A stretch of 64,000 nucleotides of DNA from positions 1,893,661 through 1,957,660 of the forward strand of contig RHPI01001037.1 of NCBI GenBank assembly GCA_009103225.1, written 5' to 3'. The notes beneath the pieces were generated by a model that saw only the letters and a program-made list of their open reading frames with translations, made no database searches and was not told the DNA's origin. Both the position numbers and the translations under genes were made by a program. Below are positions 38,591 to 51,800 of this stretch, in pieces. This stretch comes from Chlorokybus atmophyticus. Lineage: Eukaryota; Plantae; Mesostigma and Chlorokybus algae. Every line of letters begins with the position of its first letter. The stretch's first letter is position 1.

Positions 38591-41109
38591 ATGACGCAAA
38601 GTGCGCTGTGGAAGCACGTCGACATAATAGAGAGAAAGCCTCATGGCAACTTTCGTGTGAGGTGTGTTTATTGCGAGCACGAGTGGACAGGAAGTGTTTC
38701 ACGTATTGGTGCCCATCTGAGTGGTGAACGTGGAGTCACCAAGTGCACAACCCCTCCCGAGGAGATCGTCTTGCAACTTACACAAGCCAAGAAAGACAAG
38801 GAGAAAGAGGGTGAGAAGAGGAGGAGGTTGGACTTGCTAGATCAACTCACATCCGCCATTGGGGATGCTGGTGCAGGTACTTGAATGCATGCGTGCATGC
38901 ATTGAAGCTTGGCAAGCAGTGGTGCTGCTCATCACGCATCAAATCAATCACATTGTGCTATAGATTCAAGCGCCACCGTTCCTTCTAGTCAACAACAAAC
39001 TCTTGATGCAACTTTCAAGCGTGGGGATAAAGCGCATGTGGATGAAGCCATTGCTCGGTTTTTCTTCAGCAATGGCATCCCCTTCAACGTGGCAAGGTCC
39101 CCTTACTTTATCGCAGCAATGAAAGCGGTTGGCAAGTTTGGCGCTTCATATACCCCTCCCTCATCCGAGGCGCTTCGCACAACCTTGTTGGAAAAGGAGT
39201 ATGCTAGGGTGAATGGCGAACTTGCAGTCATCAAGGACTCAACACGAGAAACCTCATGCACAATTGCTAGCGATGGATGGTCGGACACGTCCAACCGTCC
39301 ATTGTTGAATGTGCTCATGGTGAGTCCTAAAGGAGAAGTTTTTCTTCAAGCAATCAACACGGAAGGGAAGGAGAAGACGGCGGAGTATGTATCCGAGCAG
39401 CTGATCTCCACCATTGATGAAGTAAGTGGTGCACTCGTTCATTGCCATTATAGATTGTGTACACAACCATGCTAAGTAACACATGCAAGCACTGACTGGC
39501 AGCACTTTATGAGCACATGCATCACACGCGCATGCTCATGCTCGCACCCGACACAAGTACGCATGCGTGTGACACATGCATGCACTGACTGGCAGCACTT
39601 TGTGAGCACATGCATTACACGCGCATGCTCATGCTCGCACACAACACAAGTACTTATGCGTGTGACACATGCACGCACTGACTGGCAGCACTTTGTGAGC
39701 ACATGCATCACACACGCATGCTCATACACGCACACAACACAAGTACTTATGTGTGTAACTTGCAGGTGGGGTCCGCGAATGTGATACAAGTTGTCATGGA
39801 CAATGCAAGCGTGTGCGTAGCTGCTGCACGTCTGATCACTAGCGAATACCCGCACATCACATGGACGCCGTGCACCGCGCATTGCTTGGACTTATTGCTT
39901 GAGGATATAGGCAAGTTGGAGTGGGTTAAAAGCGTGGTGGCTGATGGCAAACGCATAGTGAAGTTCATTACCAACCACCATCGTTCCTTGGCCATCTTCC
40001 GCTCCAAAGCCAAGCTAGAGCTGCTCAAGCCAGGTGAAATAGCATGCGTGCATGTGTGTAGTTAGAGATCAACTTAGTACAAGCGCAAGATTAATGGTAG
40101 ACAGCAACCATGTGAAATTGCAGCTGATTGCCCGCGCATGCATGCATGCTCATGTCATGCGCGTGCTTGTTTGCTCATAGCTACTTGTTGTGCAGGAGAT
40201 ACTCGCTTCGCAACGTCATTCATAACTCTTGCAAGGCTAGTCGAGGTCAAAGACGCTCTCGACGAGGTGGTGGTGAGCAGGGACTGGAAGGCTTGGGCCG
40301 ACAAGGGTGTGCATAAGCAAGAAGCTGCTGCAGTCAGAGCGTTGATCTTGGCACCAGATTTCTGGTCACAAGTGGCATTAGTGAATGCGGTGTCGGCCCC
40401 CATCGTGGATCTGCTGCGTTTGGTTGATGGGAACTTGCCCACCATAGGCAAAGTGTACGCCAAGATGTTTCGTGTTGGCGACCAGCTCAAGCATCTGAAG
40501 GGCATGACTGAACAACAACGACTTGATGTGCGCGCCTGTTGGAGGGACAGGTGGATCATGCTGCATAGTGACATGCATGCAGCAGGCTATGTGCTGGATC
40601 CCGAATATTGGGGTCATGAGCAGCACACCAATGAGGAAGTTATGGAAGGCTTTGCAACGATGGTGGAGAGGGTCCTGCAGTCCCATGACAAGGTTGACTT
40701 GGCGTTGCAACAGCTACACATGTACCGAAGTAAGATGGGGCTGTTCGGCAAAGAGGCAGTGCAACGAGCGGCTCTCACAATGCCCGCGCATGCTTGGTGG
40801 CACATGTATGGTGGTAGTGTACCCGAGTTGCAGCAGCTAGCGATGCGCGTGTTGGCTCAACCATCATCAGCTTGTAGCTGTGAGAGATCCTGGAGCACGT
40901 ACGACTTCATCCACTCAAAGAGAAGGAATCGGCTGCAAGCACGCAGGGCAGAGAAGTTGGTGTTTGTCTTCACCAACTTGAGGCAGCTGAAGAAGATCCA
41001 CAACCCACATTATGTGCAGGAGTTTGTTGAGTGGGAGGCAGACTCTGATGTGGACGTGTTGTTTAGTAATGATGATGAGGGGGGCGAGTCTGATGATTAC
41101 TCGGTGTAA
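38591..41109 (+). CDS. hAT transposase, exons 38591-38876, 38964-39421, 39766-40033, 40196-41109 (641 aa)
   Basis: Spliced frame is open: BED finger W..C-x2-C..H, TIASDGWSD, VVMDNAS, CTAHCLDLLLED, PGDTRF, WW..G...LQQLAMRVL..SSACSCERSWS, KRRNRL. Confidence 0.93.
39484..39760 (+). repeat. ~93-bp minisatellite (about 3 units) in hAT transposase intron 2; also present in copies 1 and 3
   Basis: ACTGACTGGCAGCACTTT recurs at 39491, 39584, 39677. Confidence 0.9.
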
Positions 41110-43446
41110 CTAGGCAGACACATGTGATGGGCTATGTCTGCACACATGCTTCGCTGTAACATAGTGTTCTCTGCTCATTGTTTACTGTTGTGCACATGTA
41201 CGCAAGTAGCATGCTTGATGCTCGTGAAGCAACACGACAAAACTGCCACTGTAGCGTACTGCCACGTACTGGCATAAATGGGTACATGTATGTACGCGTA
41301 CACCACCGCTCACGTACTAAACGCGTACTGTGTACCATGTGACCATGATAGAACGCCACTTCACTTACTCGTTGTGACAATGTATCGTATTATAAGATGT
41401 TAAGTAGTGTAATGTAGGGGGTACAGAGGGAATTTTCAAGGTCAATGCACGTACCGATCACGGATTAGATTATTATGTGTAAACTATGCTTTTATATGTT
41501 TGCATCCTAACACGTTGATAAAATAAAAAGAAAACAGCATCTTCTATATTGTACATACTCTGGACGATTGTCAACAAATGTTCAATCAATAGCAATGTTA
41601 TAAATATGATATACATTGTATGTCATGTGAAAAGTTACCATTGTTAAATTTGCTGCATAGATAGAGTATTGTGTATGCAGTCCCCATCACGCTTCCCCTA
41701 AGGTAAGGTAATAATGCGCGCAAGAGAGGGCAGACATGNNNNNNNNNNNNNNNNNNNNNNNNNNNNNNNNNNNNNNNNNNNNNNNNNNNNNNNNNNNNNN
41801 NNNNNNNNNNNNNNNNNNNNNNNNNNNNNNNNNNNNNNNNNNNNNNNNNNNNNNNNNNNNNNNNNNNNNNNNNNNNNNNNNNNNNNNNNNNNNNNNNNNN
41901 NNNNNNNNNNNNNNNGCCGCCAAATAATGAAGGGGGGGGGCGTGAAACACTATAATGGATCGCTATGATATTATGACGATGCACTATTTGTTTCATAAAC
42001 TCTGTTGTGCCCAACATCATATTGAGTACACATGGGTTTTAACTTGTCATTTACCATGTGTACTCAAGATGATGTTAACACATAATGCAGTAACAATCGT
42101 AACATTGAACGCGCTTGCCTGCTTGGCATGCGTGAGCATATAAGGCTTGCAATGCAATGTGCGACACAATAAAAGGTAAAGTCGTGTGTTCATCTATGTG
42201 CTGTTGAAATGGTATTGTCACAATAGCGCAACATTGGAAATTATGTTATACGTGATTGATTGCATCATGTATCGTGTTTTCCTTCATCACCCTTTGCTGC
42301 TCATTGACAATGATGATATGTACTGCATGGTCACCATCAATGTTTACAACTCTTTACGCCATTGGTCCTATACCAGAACAGAACATGCAACAGTACACGG
42401 CATGAACTCATAGCAAGTGCTGTTGGCGATGTTAGCTAGCGCAGTCATTAGGTGATCGCTGAGAGCGCCCAGCGGCAGTGCACTACACTGACTGAAGATG
42501 AGTGGTGATAACCACAGCAGCTAGCGCAGTAAGTGGTGATGGAGGCGTGCCCCTGCAGCTTGCAACGCCGACAGCGCCATGGTAGCTCAAGGCAAAGCAG
42601 CATACAACCAATGCGCACTGATGGCGTCGGGTATATTACAGTGCCAGCCATTAACACAAGTAATATCACAGTTACAAAGGAGGTGGCGGACAAAGTTCTA
42701 CGTAGTATGCTGTTCAGTTGAACTTGTCGTAGGTCTGGGAGCAGGCTAGGAGGCCATGTCGTGTGCATACTTCACAGCAGTGGCGTTGAGACTGAGTTCA
42801 GGTATTGCACAGAATTGCTACTACTCAGTTTCTGCGCTGCAAGTACAATAAACGTTAGTAAACACACTCTCCACTTCTCTGCGCACACGCGCACATTAAG
42901 CACACACACAACCATTTGACACATTAGTTCTACACACTGATTTACCCAGGATCACAAACTTGTAACAACACATCCACACAAGGCAGCGTGGGCGGGCAGG
43001 GACTTAATGGATGCAAATCATGGTTCTGCTACTATTTTGTCCAATTACCAGCTTCTGCCCGTAGTCACAAGGTACAACAACAGTGCAACTCCTTGAGGGG
43101 TCAAAGGTAAAAATTACAGCAGGTCAACAGTTACTAGGAGTCTTGCGTAAAGACTGAGCTCGTGACCAGACTCAAAGGCACAAAGAAGCAACAATAATAT
43201 AACCTTCACATCATGCACACAGTTGCTACACAACCGAACCTTACGGCTGTTAAGAGAAGAACTCCCAACATCAGTGTCTGATGTAGCAACAAATGTGGGC
43301 ACTAAGCATGCGAGGATAAACATGACTAATGAATATAAAGAATCGTGTAATCAACAACTGCGTAACCTGCAAAGAGTGTGCAAACTCTGCAACGTTAGTA
43401 GTGTCGTAGCTGCAGCAAAACTGTACAGCTTGCAGCGTTCGGGACC

Positions 43447-45053
43447 TTACTCCAAGTCCCTGCGGCTGATCTTGACCTTGTAAACGATGAGGTTGCCACC
43501 CACACCCCAGAGACGTGTGTGGTTGTCCTGTGCAGCTGCGCCATCAAACACAAACTCGGTAGGGAACTTGTAGCCAAGCTCAGGCTTGTTGTAGATAGTC
43601 TGGACAAGACCCTTGTTATTGACGCGGGTGCCAGCAGGACTCTTGGACCACTCCCGGTTGTCCAGGCGGGTGGCACTCCCGAAGGCAAAGCGCAGGCTCT
43701 CGGGGTCGATCACATACTCTGCACATGTCATATTACCATGTAAGCAAACAGCATACCTAACACTTAGTCGAGCAACAAGGCTGATACTTGCCTGTAACGC
43801 CAGGGGCAGTTGTGTAGTATCGGAGGGTGTTCTCTCTGTTGGGGGTCAGGCCGATCTTGCTGATTGAGAAAACCTTCTTGCCTTCAAGGTACCAGTACAC
43901 CTTGCCCATGTTCCTGTTGTACACAATCTTAATCCTGTGGGATTCACCAGCCACGCGAGGGGCGACCTTGAAACCCCATGAAAAGGCCTGTGGGAGTCAA
44001 CAGTGCAGACAACAGTCAGGGTCACAGCAACCAATTGCTCGTAAACTTCAGTACAGCATGCCATGGTCACCTGGTAGAACAGCTCAGGACCACCCTCAAA
44101 GAAGCCAGTGAAAGGGATGCGGTCGAGGAAGACGTAGATGCCCTTGTTGGAGAGCACGAAGCCGAACAGAATGAAGTTGGTCGAATCCAGCAAGCTGAAG
44201 TTCACATTTCCAGTGCGAGGATCATCATCAACGTCAATCTCTGGGCCGAAGGGCTGGGCGGCATTGCCTTGCATGGCGCCACCAATTGTTGCCTGCAGAC
44301 ATGCAAGCGGTCTGAGCATACTGCATGGTTCGGGTCAGGACGACCAAGACGTGTAGCAGCCATCACACACGCCTCACCTCAAGTTTGAGAGACTGGTTCT
44401 TGGCAATGCTGAAGGTGTCTGACTGGATGCCAAACTTAGCATGATCGCGGAAGCCTGCGCACATGTTCAAATAATCAGCATCAACCCTTTCGCATGCTAA
44501 GAGCAGCCAACCCCAAGGCTTCGCATGCGGTACACTTACCAAGAGGCCCGGGCGCGACTGTGGTGCGATACGGTACAACAGATGCCAGCAGACCCCTTCC
44601 ATTGGCGGCATGCTCGACAATGGTGGGCGTAGAGGGGGCAGGCAGGGAGTAACTGCAGCCGGCACACCGCACAGTTGGCACAGCATATAAACATTCTTTA
44701 TTCATTAAGCTTCTGGCAGCAATCACAAAGATTCTTGGTCAGGTAAGCAGTCAACATGCATGGCTGCCCTACCTCCACTTAGTGGGGGGATCGGTCGCGG
44801 AAGCAATGTTGATGGGGCCCTGGAAGTTGTCGGAGAGCACCGTGCTCCAGCCATTGCATTCGGCTGCGCACCAGCACGACACAACACACACAGAGCAATG
44901 GTCAGGCGCCAGATACAACACCAACTGCAATGTGGGGTGTGCACACAACGAATAGCCAGCCAAGTCGGCTTGAACAGGTAAGCGGTTACCTGGGATGAAC
45001 GGCAGAACCACCAGCAAAGCCAACAGCGCCGCCGAAACCATCGGGGACTTCAT
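43447..45053 (-). CDS. Secreted DUF6081-like protein, multi-exon
   Basis: Signal-peptide-like exon 1 (45053-44990, MKSPMVSAALLALLVVLPFIP), then exons WSTVLSDNF, GFRDHAKF, GNAAQPFGPEIDVDDDPRTG..FILFGFVLSNKGIYVFLDRIPF, AGESHRIKIVYNRNMGKVYWYLEGKKVFSISKIG, RFAFGSATRLD..GLVQ..RLWGVGGNLIV*; motif order recalls DUF6081 (from memory, not searched). Confidence 0.6.
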
Positions 45054-47600
45054 TACACCTTTTTATGCCTACGGCGTTGCACAGCCAGCTGTGAGCAACT
45101 TCCTTAAGTGAACACCACAGGCAGGCTGCGACCAGGCAAGCAACAAGGACACTTGCAACAAGGACATTTCGTACAAAGACTGTTGTCGGGCAATGCCACA
45201 GAGGCTGTTTCCAGTGCGGCCACTTAGGCAAGCAGCAGTTGGACAAGTCGCAATGGAGCATGCACAGTGTACACATTGCGCAGGTTGCCGAGCAGCTGAG
45301 GCATTGTGGTAAAGCGACTGGCTTGCGAGAAAGACTGCCTACCTTGGCCGCCGCCGTCACCGCTACCGCCGCCAACACTGGAACAACGTGGTAGCGTGCG
45401 GATGGTCACAAGCTGTACCCTTTTCATAGTACCCCTAGCAGCTGACCCTCACCGCAATGCAACGACTGAATCTTTTCTCATTGGAACTGGCTTCTTCGGA
45501 AGCTTTCTCCGGATTCCCCGGGGGTTTAGCCCTTCTCCAATCCAAACGGGTGTTTCCTTTCCACGCTGACGCAGCGTCACGCACGAGGAATCATTGCATT
45601 TCGTCTTGCCGCTTGACGCTTTTCCCTCTGGTGTTCGATGCGTCAATCCATCAAGTTAGAAGAAGGCTGCGTGGCCTGCCAGGGCAGGCGAGCCGCAGAA
45701 AACATAAGCACAACATCTCCGGAATTGCGACATCATCGGCCAGAACGCCGGGGACGGACTCCACTAGTTGTATTTCATGCTTGCCCGATGTTTAGTCCTG
45801 TGCACTCCCAGCCAAGCGGTAAGTCTTGGGTTTGCTTAGGCACGTCGCCCGTGTTGGGAAGTGCCGAAACCCTTATCATTATTCCTAATAACCCTTATTG
45901 GTAAAGCCTAATAACAGGCCTAATGTAATAACTATTATCAGGAGACAGCGGCACTCTCGGGTCGAAGCGAGCGGCCACAGACAGCTCAGCCCAGCTATCC
46001 CTTACCGTGTGATCGAGATAGTCGAGCTATCCGTCACCGCCGATCGACCTACTTAAACTATCGGTGCATCATTAAACGGTAGAAGTTGCACTGGTGCTCT
46101 AATTAGTTAACCGTTACCTTCCTGTCCTCCAACGGCTGCGCGGACTGCCGCGGCAGCTCAACGTTTCAATGTTAGCATTGAGGTTTGAAACTTCTAGCCG
46201 TTTGTGGGTTGCTGCCAGGGCGGTGGAGGCGGCGGTAGCCGCCGGTGTGTCAAGCTATAGGTAGAGGTGCCTCATTTGGCCACTCGCCCTTATTTGGCCA
46301 ATGACATTTTGATGAAGGTTGCATGATGGTGCAAGCACTTGGGGCGGTGGTTTTTGTAGTAATCTTCTGTTTATTGAGGCCTACCTATCGCACAAACAGT
46401 CATCCAAAATGAGCAAGTATAGCAGTCGGGGTAATTTTGGAAACAGCGTTTGGAAAACTCAGATTAGGGTTTGGCAGCTACCCAACAGTTATGACACGCC
46501 CGTGACTTCAACAACCATAACTTCCGCAACACTTACTCAAGTCGATCGAAATTCCATTGTTGGGAAAGTCACGACAAGAACCAACCACAATTAAAGCTGT
46601 AGGTACTTTGGCGAGGCCAGTCATAAGTTACAAGATCTTAAAGTTAACAGTGACCAAATTCGGGTAAACTTTTCAGCGGCCTGACCCCCTCTCCACCACC
46701 CCCACTTTGACACACAATAATTTTCTCGATGTTAATCCACTTGAAAAAAACGATATATTGCCGCATAGCTTAATTTCGGGGCTACTAAAAACAAATACAC
46801 TTCGCCGCCAAATAATGAACACAGCGCCCACACGGAGCTTAATACCGCGAAAATGGGCCAAATAAGGCACCTCTACCCTAGCGCCGCAGCGCTGCACGAC
46901 GGTGCTACTTTTAATGGTTGAAGTCAAGCCTTTCATGGTGAAAGTTTCACCCTGCGCTTGCTGGTTGCTTCCGCTCCAACCCTCCAGCCTTGGCGGACCA
47001 GGCTCTGTAAAGTCATTCTTGTAGGGCTAGAGGCCAAAATAAAATGCGCCCTCCATCAATCAATTATGCTGCTGCTATTATTGTTTTTTGTGTGCCTTTG
47101 GGGGCTGGCCCTGTGGTCGTGATCGTGGTTCTGGTTGTCAGTATTTTGTCCGGGCCTAACCTCTACCTCTCCTCTACCTCTACCTCTACCTCTATCTCTA
47201 CGCTGTACTCTGCAGGTACAGCTGCTGCGCCTCCTGTCGGCATCTACCTTAGTTGGTTGGCGTGCACTTAGCTAGCCAGCCCTCTTAGCTCTAGGGTTTG
47301 TTGTTTTTGTGGTGGTGGTGGTGGTGGTAGTGGTGGTTCTTGTGAAAAAACATTGCTAGTAGGAAGGAGTACATTGTGTATATCACATACTAGCTAAGCG
47401 CGCCTATCTTGAGCTTGTGCTGTGAGGACGCGTGTATGTGATTGTAATCCCTGATATTCTACCACTCCTGCTGTGCATATGTGTTGGCGTGGCTTGTGCA
47501 TTGGCTTGGCTTGTTGATTGGAGCCCTCTCTCTTTTACCTTATGCCGTTGTTCTCGCCGCTACTACAAGTAGTCACTTTTCAAAATATTACCCCCCCCNC

Positions 47601-47602
<2 letters not shown>

Positions 47603-47654
<52 letters not shown>
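47603..47654. repeat. (CT)n microsatellite
   Basis: Uninterrupted CT dinucleotide run next to an N at 47599. Confidence 0.95.
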
Positions 47655-47656
<2 letters not shown>

Positions 47657-48099
47657 ATATATATATGCCTTTGCCCTCATTTTTTGGCAGTTGCGAATGC
47701 TCGAGTGCAAGGGCGCCAGCGCAACCAGCCATGCGCACATGTTGAGCTATTGCGCAAACATGTGCAGTACATCATTGGGCAAAACGCGTTTTTAACAGCT
47801 CTTAAGTACATGCTGTCGGTCGAGGGGAGTCGAGGGTCACGCTGTCTCGGACAGCTGCATGGACAGCCATGCTGTGCTGGACATGCTGCTGCGCCACCTG
47901 TGTAACGCGCAGCAAAAACAAAAGATGACCCCAACCCTCATGGTGACAAGTGCTTCGTGCAGCTGGTCGGCTGCTGCTGGGTAGTACGGGCAGGTGGAGT
48001 TGGTGTTCTCCCTAGTGTACATGCTGTGCTGTAGCACACAGAGTCAACAAGCCACCCCCCCTGGGCTCTGGGGGAGGTTCCAGCTCCAGAGCTCAGCTG

Positions 48100-48866
48100 C
48101 TAGCGCAAGTGAGGAGGGCCGTTGGTACGGCAATCGTCGCACCAATACTCCTCCATAGGTATCGCGTCCAAAGGTGGCTCCAGGCAGTAGCAATGCAGGC
48201 CCTTGTTGCAGCCATCGCAAAGCATCATGAGTGCGTCGTCGCCAGCGCTGCCGCAGCGTTCACAGCGTGTGCTGCGCGCGGGACTAGGGTGCTGGATACG
48301 CCCGAAGCCGGCTACGTAAGGAAGGTGACATGGCGCACAGTTCACCATGTTGTCCTTCAACCTCTCTCCGTTTTGACCAAGGAGGTCCAGCACCCCTGTG
48401 GGGTACACTTTGAGTACCTTGTAGACGGTGCGGCCTACGGAGGTATCAAGCGAGTCTTTGGTGGATGCCATGCGATAGGCAAAGTCCCCCGCTTGGAACC
48501 GTCGTCGGCGCTCCTTGTAAAAGCCGCTGCGTACGCGCTCGTAGCGCAGCGTGTCGCGATGCTGCGCGATGCGCAGGTTGTTGAAGGCCATGGGGACGAT
48601 GCGCTCGAAAAGCGCGGCGCGTGTGGTGATGTCGTGGTGCATCCAGTCAGGGTCGTCGAGGTTGTGCACGACGCGATCCACCTCCTGCTGCGCACGGAAG
48701 GGGAGCAATGGTGGTCGCCCGAACAGCAGGTAGTACGGGCTGTACTCCCGCAGAGCCGCTTGCTTTGACAATCGATATCCAAGGGCCACCCACGGGAGGT
48801 GGTCATCCCAAGTGTTCTTCTTTTACTCCAGCACGTATTTGCGGAGTGCCTTCTTGATGGTCTGTA
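48100..48866 (-). pseudogene. Integrase C-terminal part ending in a PHD finger
   Basis: Removing the hAT and one TSD restores GLAERTVQTIKKALRKYVLE*KKNTWDDHLPWVALGYR..SPYYLLFGR; C-terminus RCERCGSAGDDALMMLCDGCNKGLHCYCLEPPLDAIPMEEYWCDDC is a C4HC3 PHD. Confidence 0.9.
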
Positions 48867-48874
48867 CTGTACGC

Positions 48875-51800
48875 CATGGTCACAAGGTACGCGACTTTTA
48901 GACCAATACTACGCGTTTGGACGCGTACAGAGACCCCGCGTACCTAATACGCATTCTGTACGCAGTCTGTACGCCAGTGTAACTGGGTTACGCTTCAGTT
49001 ACGCTGAGATACAGCTTAGCACTGTATCTCAACCGTAACTGGTCAGTCTAGTGTAACTAGGCGGCGGTGCAGGCAACATAGTTGGCGGCAGCGGCGGCGT
49101 TAGCGGCGGCAGGCAGGTGGGAACGGCGCTCCTTTAGCTGCAAGCTTCATCTCTCAAGCTACTGTAGCTGCGCCTGATAGCCATTAGCTACAAGGTGTGT
49201 GCGTGGGTATGCACTGGTTGCCTGCATGCTTGGCTATGCGCCCATCATACATCATGCAGCCTGCAAGTCATACCATCAACGTGCTATATGTGATTTGCAT
49301 GTGTTCATAATAGTGTTTGTTTATGTTAGAATGACGCAAAGTGCGCTGTGGAAGCACGTCGACATAATAGAGAGAAAGCCTCATGGCAACTTTCGTGTGA
49401 GGTGTGTTTATTGCGAGCACGAGTGGACAGGAAGTGTTTCACGTATTGGTGCCCATCTGAGTGGTGAACGTGGAGTCACCAAGTGCACAACCCCTCCCGA
49501 GGAGATCGTCTTGCAACTTACACAAGCCAAGAAAGACAAGGAGAAAGAGGGTGAGAAGAGGAGGAGGTTGGACTTGCTAGATCAACTCACATCCGCCATT
49601 GGGGATGCTGGTGCAGGTACTTGAATGCATGCGTGCATGCATTGAAGCTTGGCAAGCAGTGGTGCTGCTCATCACGCATCAAATCAATCACATTGTGCTA
49701 TAGATTCAAGCGCCACCGTTCCTTCTAGTCAACAACAAACTCTTGATGCAACTTTCAAGCGTGGGGATAAAGCGCATGTGGATGAAGCCATTGCTCGGTT
49801 TTTCTTCAGCAATGGCATCCCCTTCAACGTGGCAAGGTCCCCTTACTTTATCGCAGCAATGAAAGCGGTTGGCAAGTTTGGCGCTTCATATACCCCTCCC
49901 TCATCCGAGGCGCTTCGCACAACCTTGTTGGAAAAGGAGTATGCTAGGGTGAATGGCGAACTTGCAGTCATCAAGGACTCAACACGAGAAACCTCATGCA
50001 CAATTGCTAGCGATGGATGGTCGGACACGTCCAACCGTCCATTGTTGAATGTGCTCATGGTGAGTCCTAAAGGAGAAGTTTTTCTTCAAGCAATCAACAC
50101 GGAAGGGAAGGAGAAGACGGCGGAGTATGTATCCGAGCAGCTGATCTCCACCATTGATGAAGTAAGTGGTGCACTCGTTCATTGCCATTATAGATTGTGT
50201 ACACAACCATGCTAAGTAACACATGCAAGCACTGACTGGCAGCACTTTATGAGCACATGCATCACACGCGCATGCTCATGCTCGCACCCGACACAAGTAC
50301 GCATGCGTGTGACACATGCATGCACTGACTGGCAGCACTTTGTGAGCACATGCATTACACGCGCATGCTCATGCTCGCACACAACACAAGTACTTATGCG
50401 TGTGACACATGCACGCACTGACTGGCAGCACTTTGTGAGCACATGCATCACACACGCATGCTCATACACGCACACAACACAAGTACTTATGTGTGTAACT
50501 TGCAGGTGGGGTCCGCGAATGTGATACAAGTTGTCATGGACAATGCAAGCGTGTGCGTAGCTGCTGCACGTCTGATCACTAGCGAATACCCGCACATCAC
50601 ATGGACGCCGTGCACCGCGCATTGCTTGGACTTATTGCTTGAGGATATAGGCAAGTTGGAGTGGGTTAAAAGCGTGGTGGCTGATGGCAAACGCATAGTG
50701 AAGTTCATTACCAACCACCATCGTTCCTTGGCCATCTTCCGCTCCAAAGCCAAGCTAGAGCTGCTCAAGCCAGGTGAAATAGCATGCGTGCATGTGTGTA
50801 GTTAGAGATCAACTTAGTACAAGCGCAAGATTAATGGTAGACAGCAACCATGTGAAATTGCAGCTGATTGCCCGCGCATGCATGCATGCTCATGTCATGC
50901 GCGTGCTTGTTTGCTCATAGCTACTTGTTGTGCAGGAGATACTCGCTTCGCAACGTCATTCATAACTCTTGCAAGGCTAGTCGAGGTCAAAGACGCTCTC
51001 GACGAGGTGGTGGTGAGCAGGGACTGGAAGGCTTGGGCCGACAAGGGTGTGCATAAGCAAGAAGCTGCTGCAGTCAGAGCGTTGATCTTGGCACCAGATT
51101 TCTGGTCACAAGTGGCATTAGTGAATGCGGTGTCGGCCCCCATCGTGGATCTGCTGCGTTTGGTTGATGGGAACTTGCCCACCATAGGCAAAGTGTACGC
51201 CAAGATGTTTCGTGTTGGCGACCAGCTCAAGCATCTGAAGGGCATGACTGAACAACAACGACTTGATGTGCGCGCCTGTTGGAGGGACAGGTGGATCATG
51301 CTGCATAGTGACATGCATGCAGCAGGCTATGTGCTGGATCCCGAATATTGGGGTCATGAGCAGCACACCAATGAGGAAGTTATGGAAGGCTTTGCAACGA
51401 TGGTGGAGAGGGTCCTGCAGTCCCATGACAAGGTTGACTTGGCGTTGCAACAGCTACACATGTACCGAAGTAAGATGGGGCTGTTCGGCAAAGAGGCAGT
51501 GCAACGAGCGGCTCTCACAATGCCCGCGCATGCTTGGTGGCACATGTATGGTGGTAGTGTACCCGAGTTGCAGCAGCTAGCGATGCGCGTGTTGGCTCAA
51601 CCATCATCAGCTTGTAGCTGTGAGAGATCCTGGAGCACGTACGACTTCATCCACTCAAAGAGAAGGAATCGGCTGCAAGCGCGCAGGGCAGAGAAGTTGG
51701 TGTTTGTCTTCACCAACTTGAGGCAGCTGAAGAAGATCCACAACCCACATTATGTGCAGGAGTTTGTTGAGTGGGAGGCAGACTCTGATGTGGACGTGTT

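Larger units (their letters stand above)
38135..41347 (+). mobile_element. hAT DNA transposon copy 2 (3213 bp)
   Basis: TIRs CATGGTCACAAGGTAC / GTACCATGTGACCATG; 8-bp TSD ATAGAACG (38127-38134, 41348-41355). Confidence 0.97.

Noticed and set aside
39484-39760. Repeat array as CRISPR-like
   Set aside because: Units are contiguous 93-bp tandem copies with no unique spacers, inside a spliceosomal intron of a eukaryotic transposon.
41739-41915. ORFs spanning N runs (also 17630-17660 and 55797-55846)
   Set aside because: Open only because of undetermined bases at assembly gaps flanked by G/C homopolymers.
45150-45378. Cys-rich ORF upstream of the DUF6081-like gene as a PHD remnant
   Set aside because: Cys/His spacing does not fit C4HC3 and the frame has no supporting splice structure.
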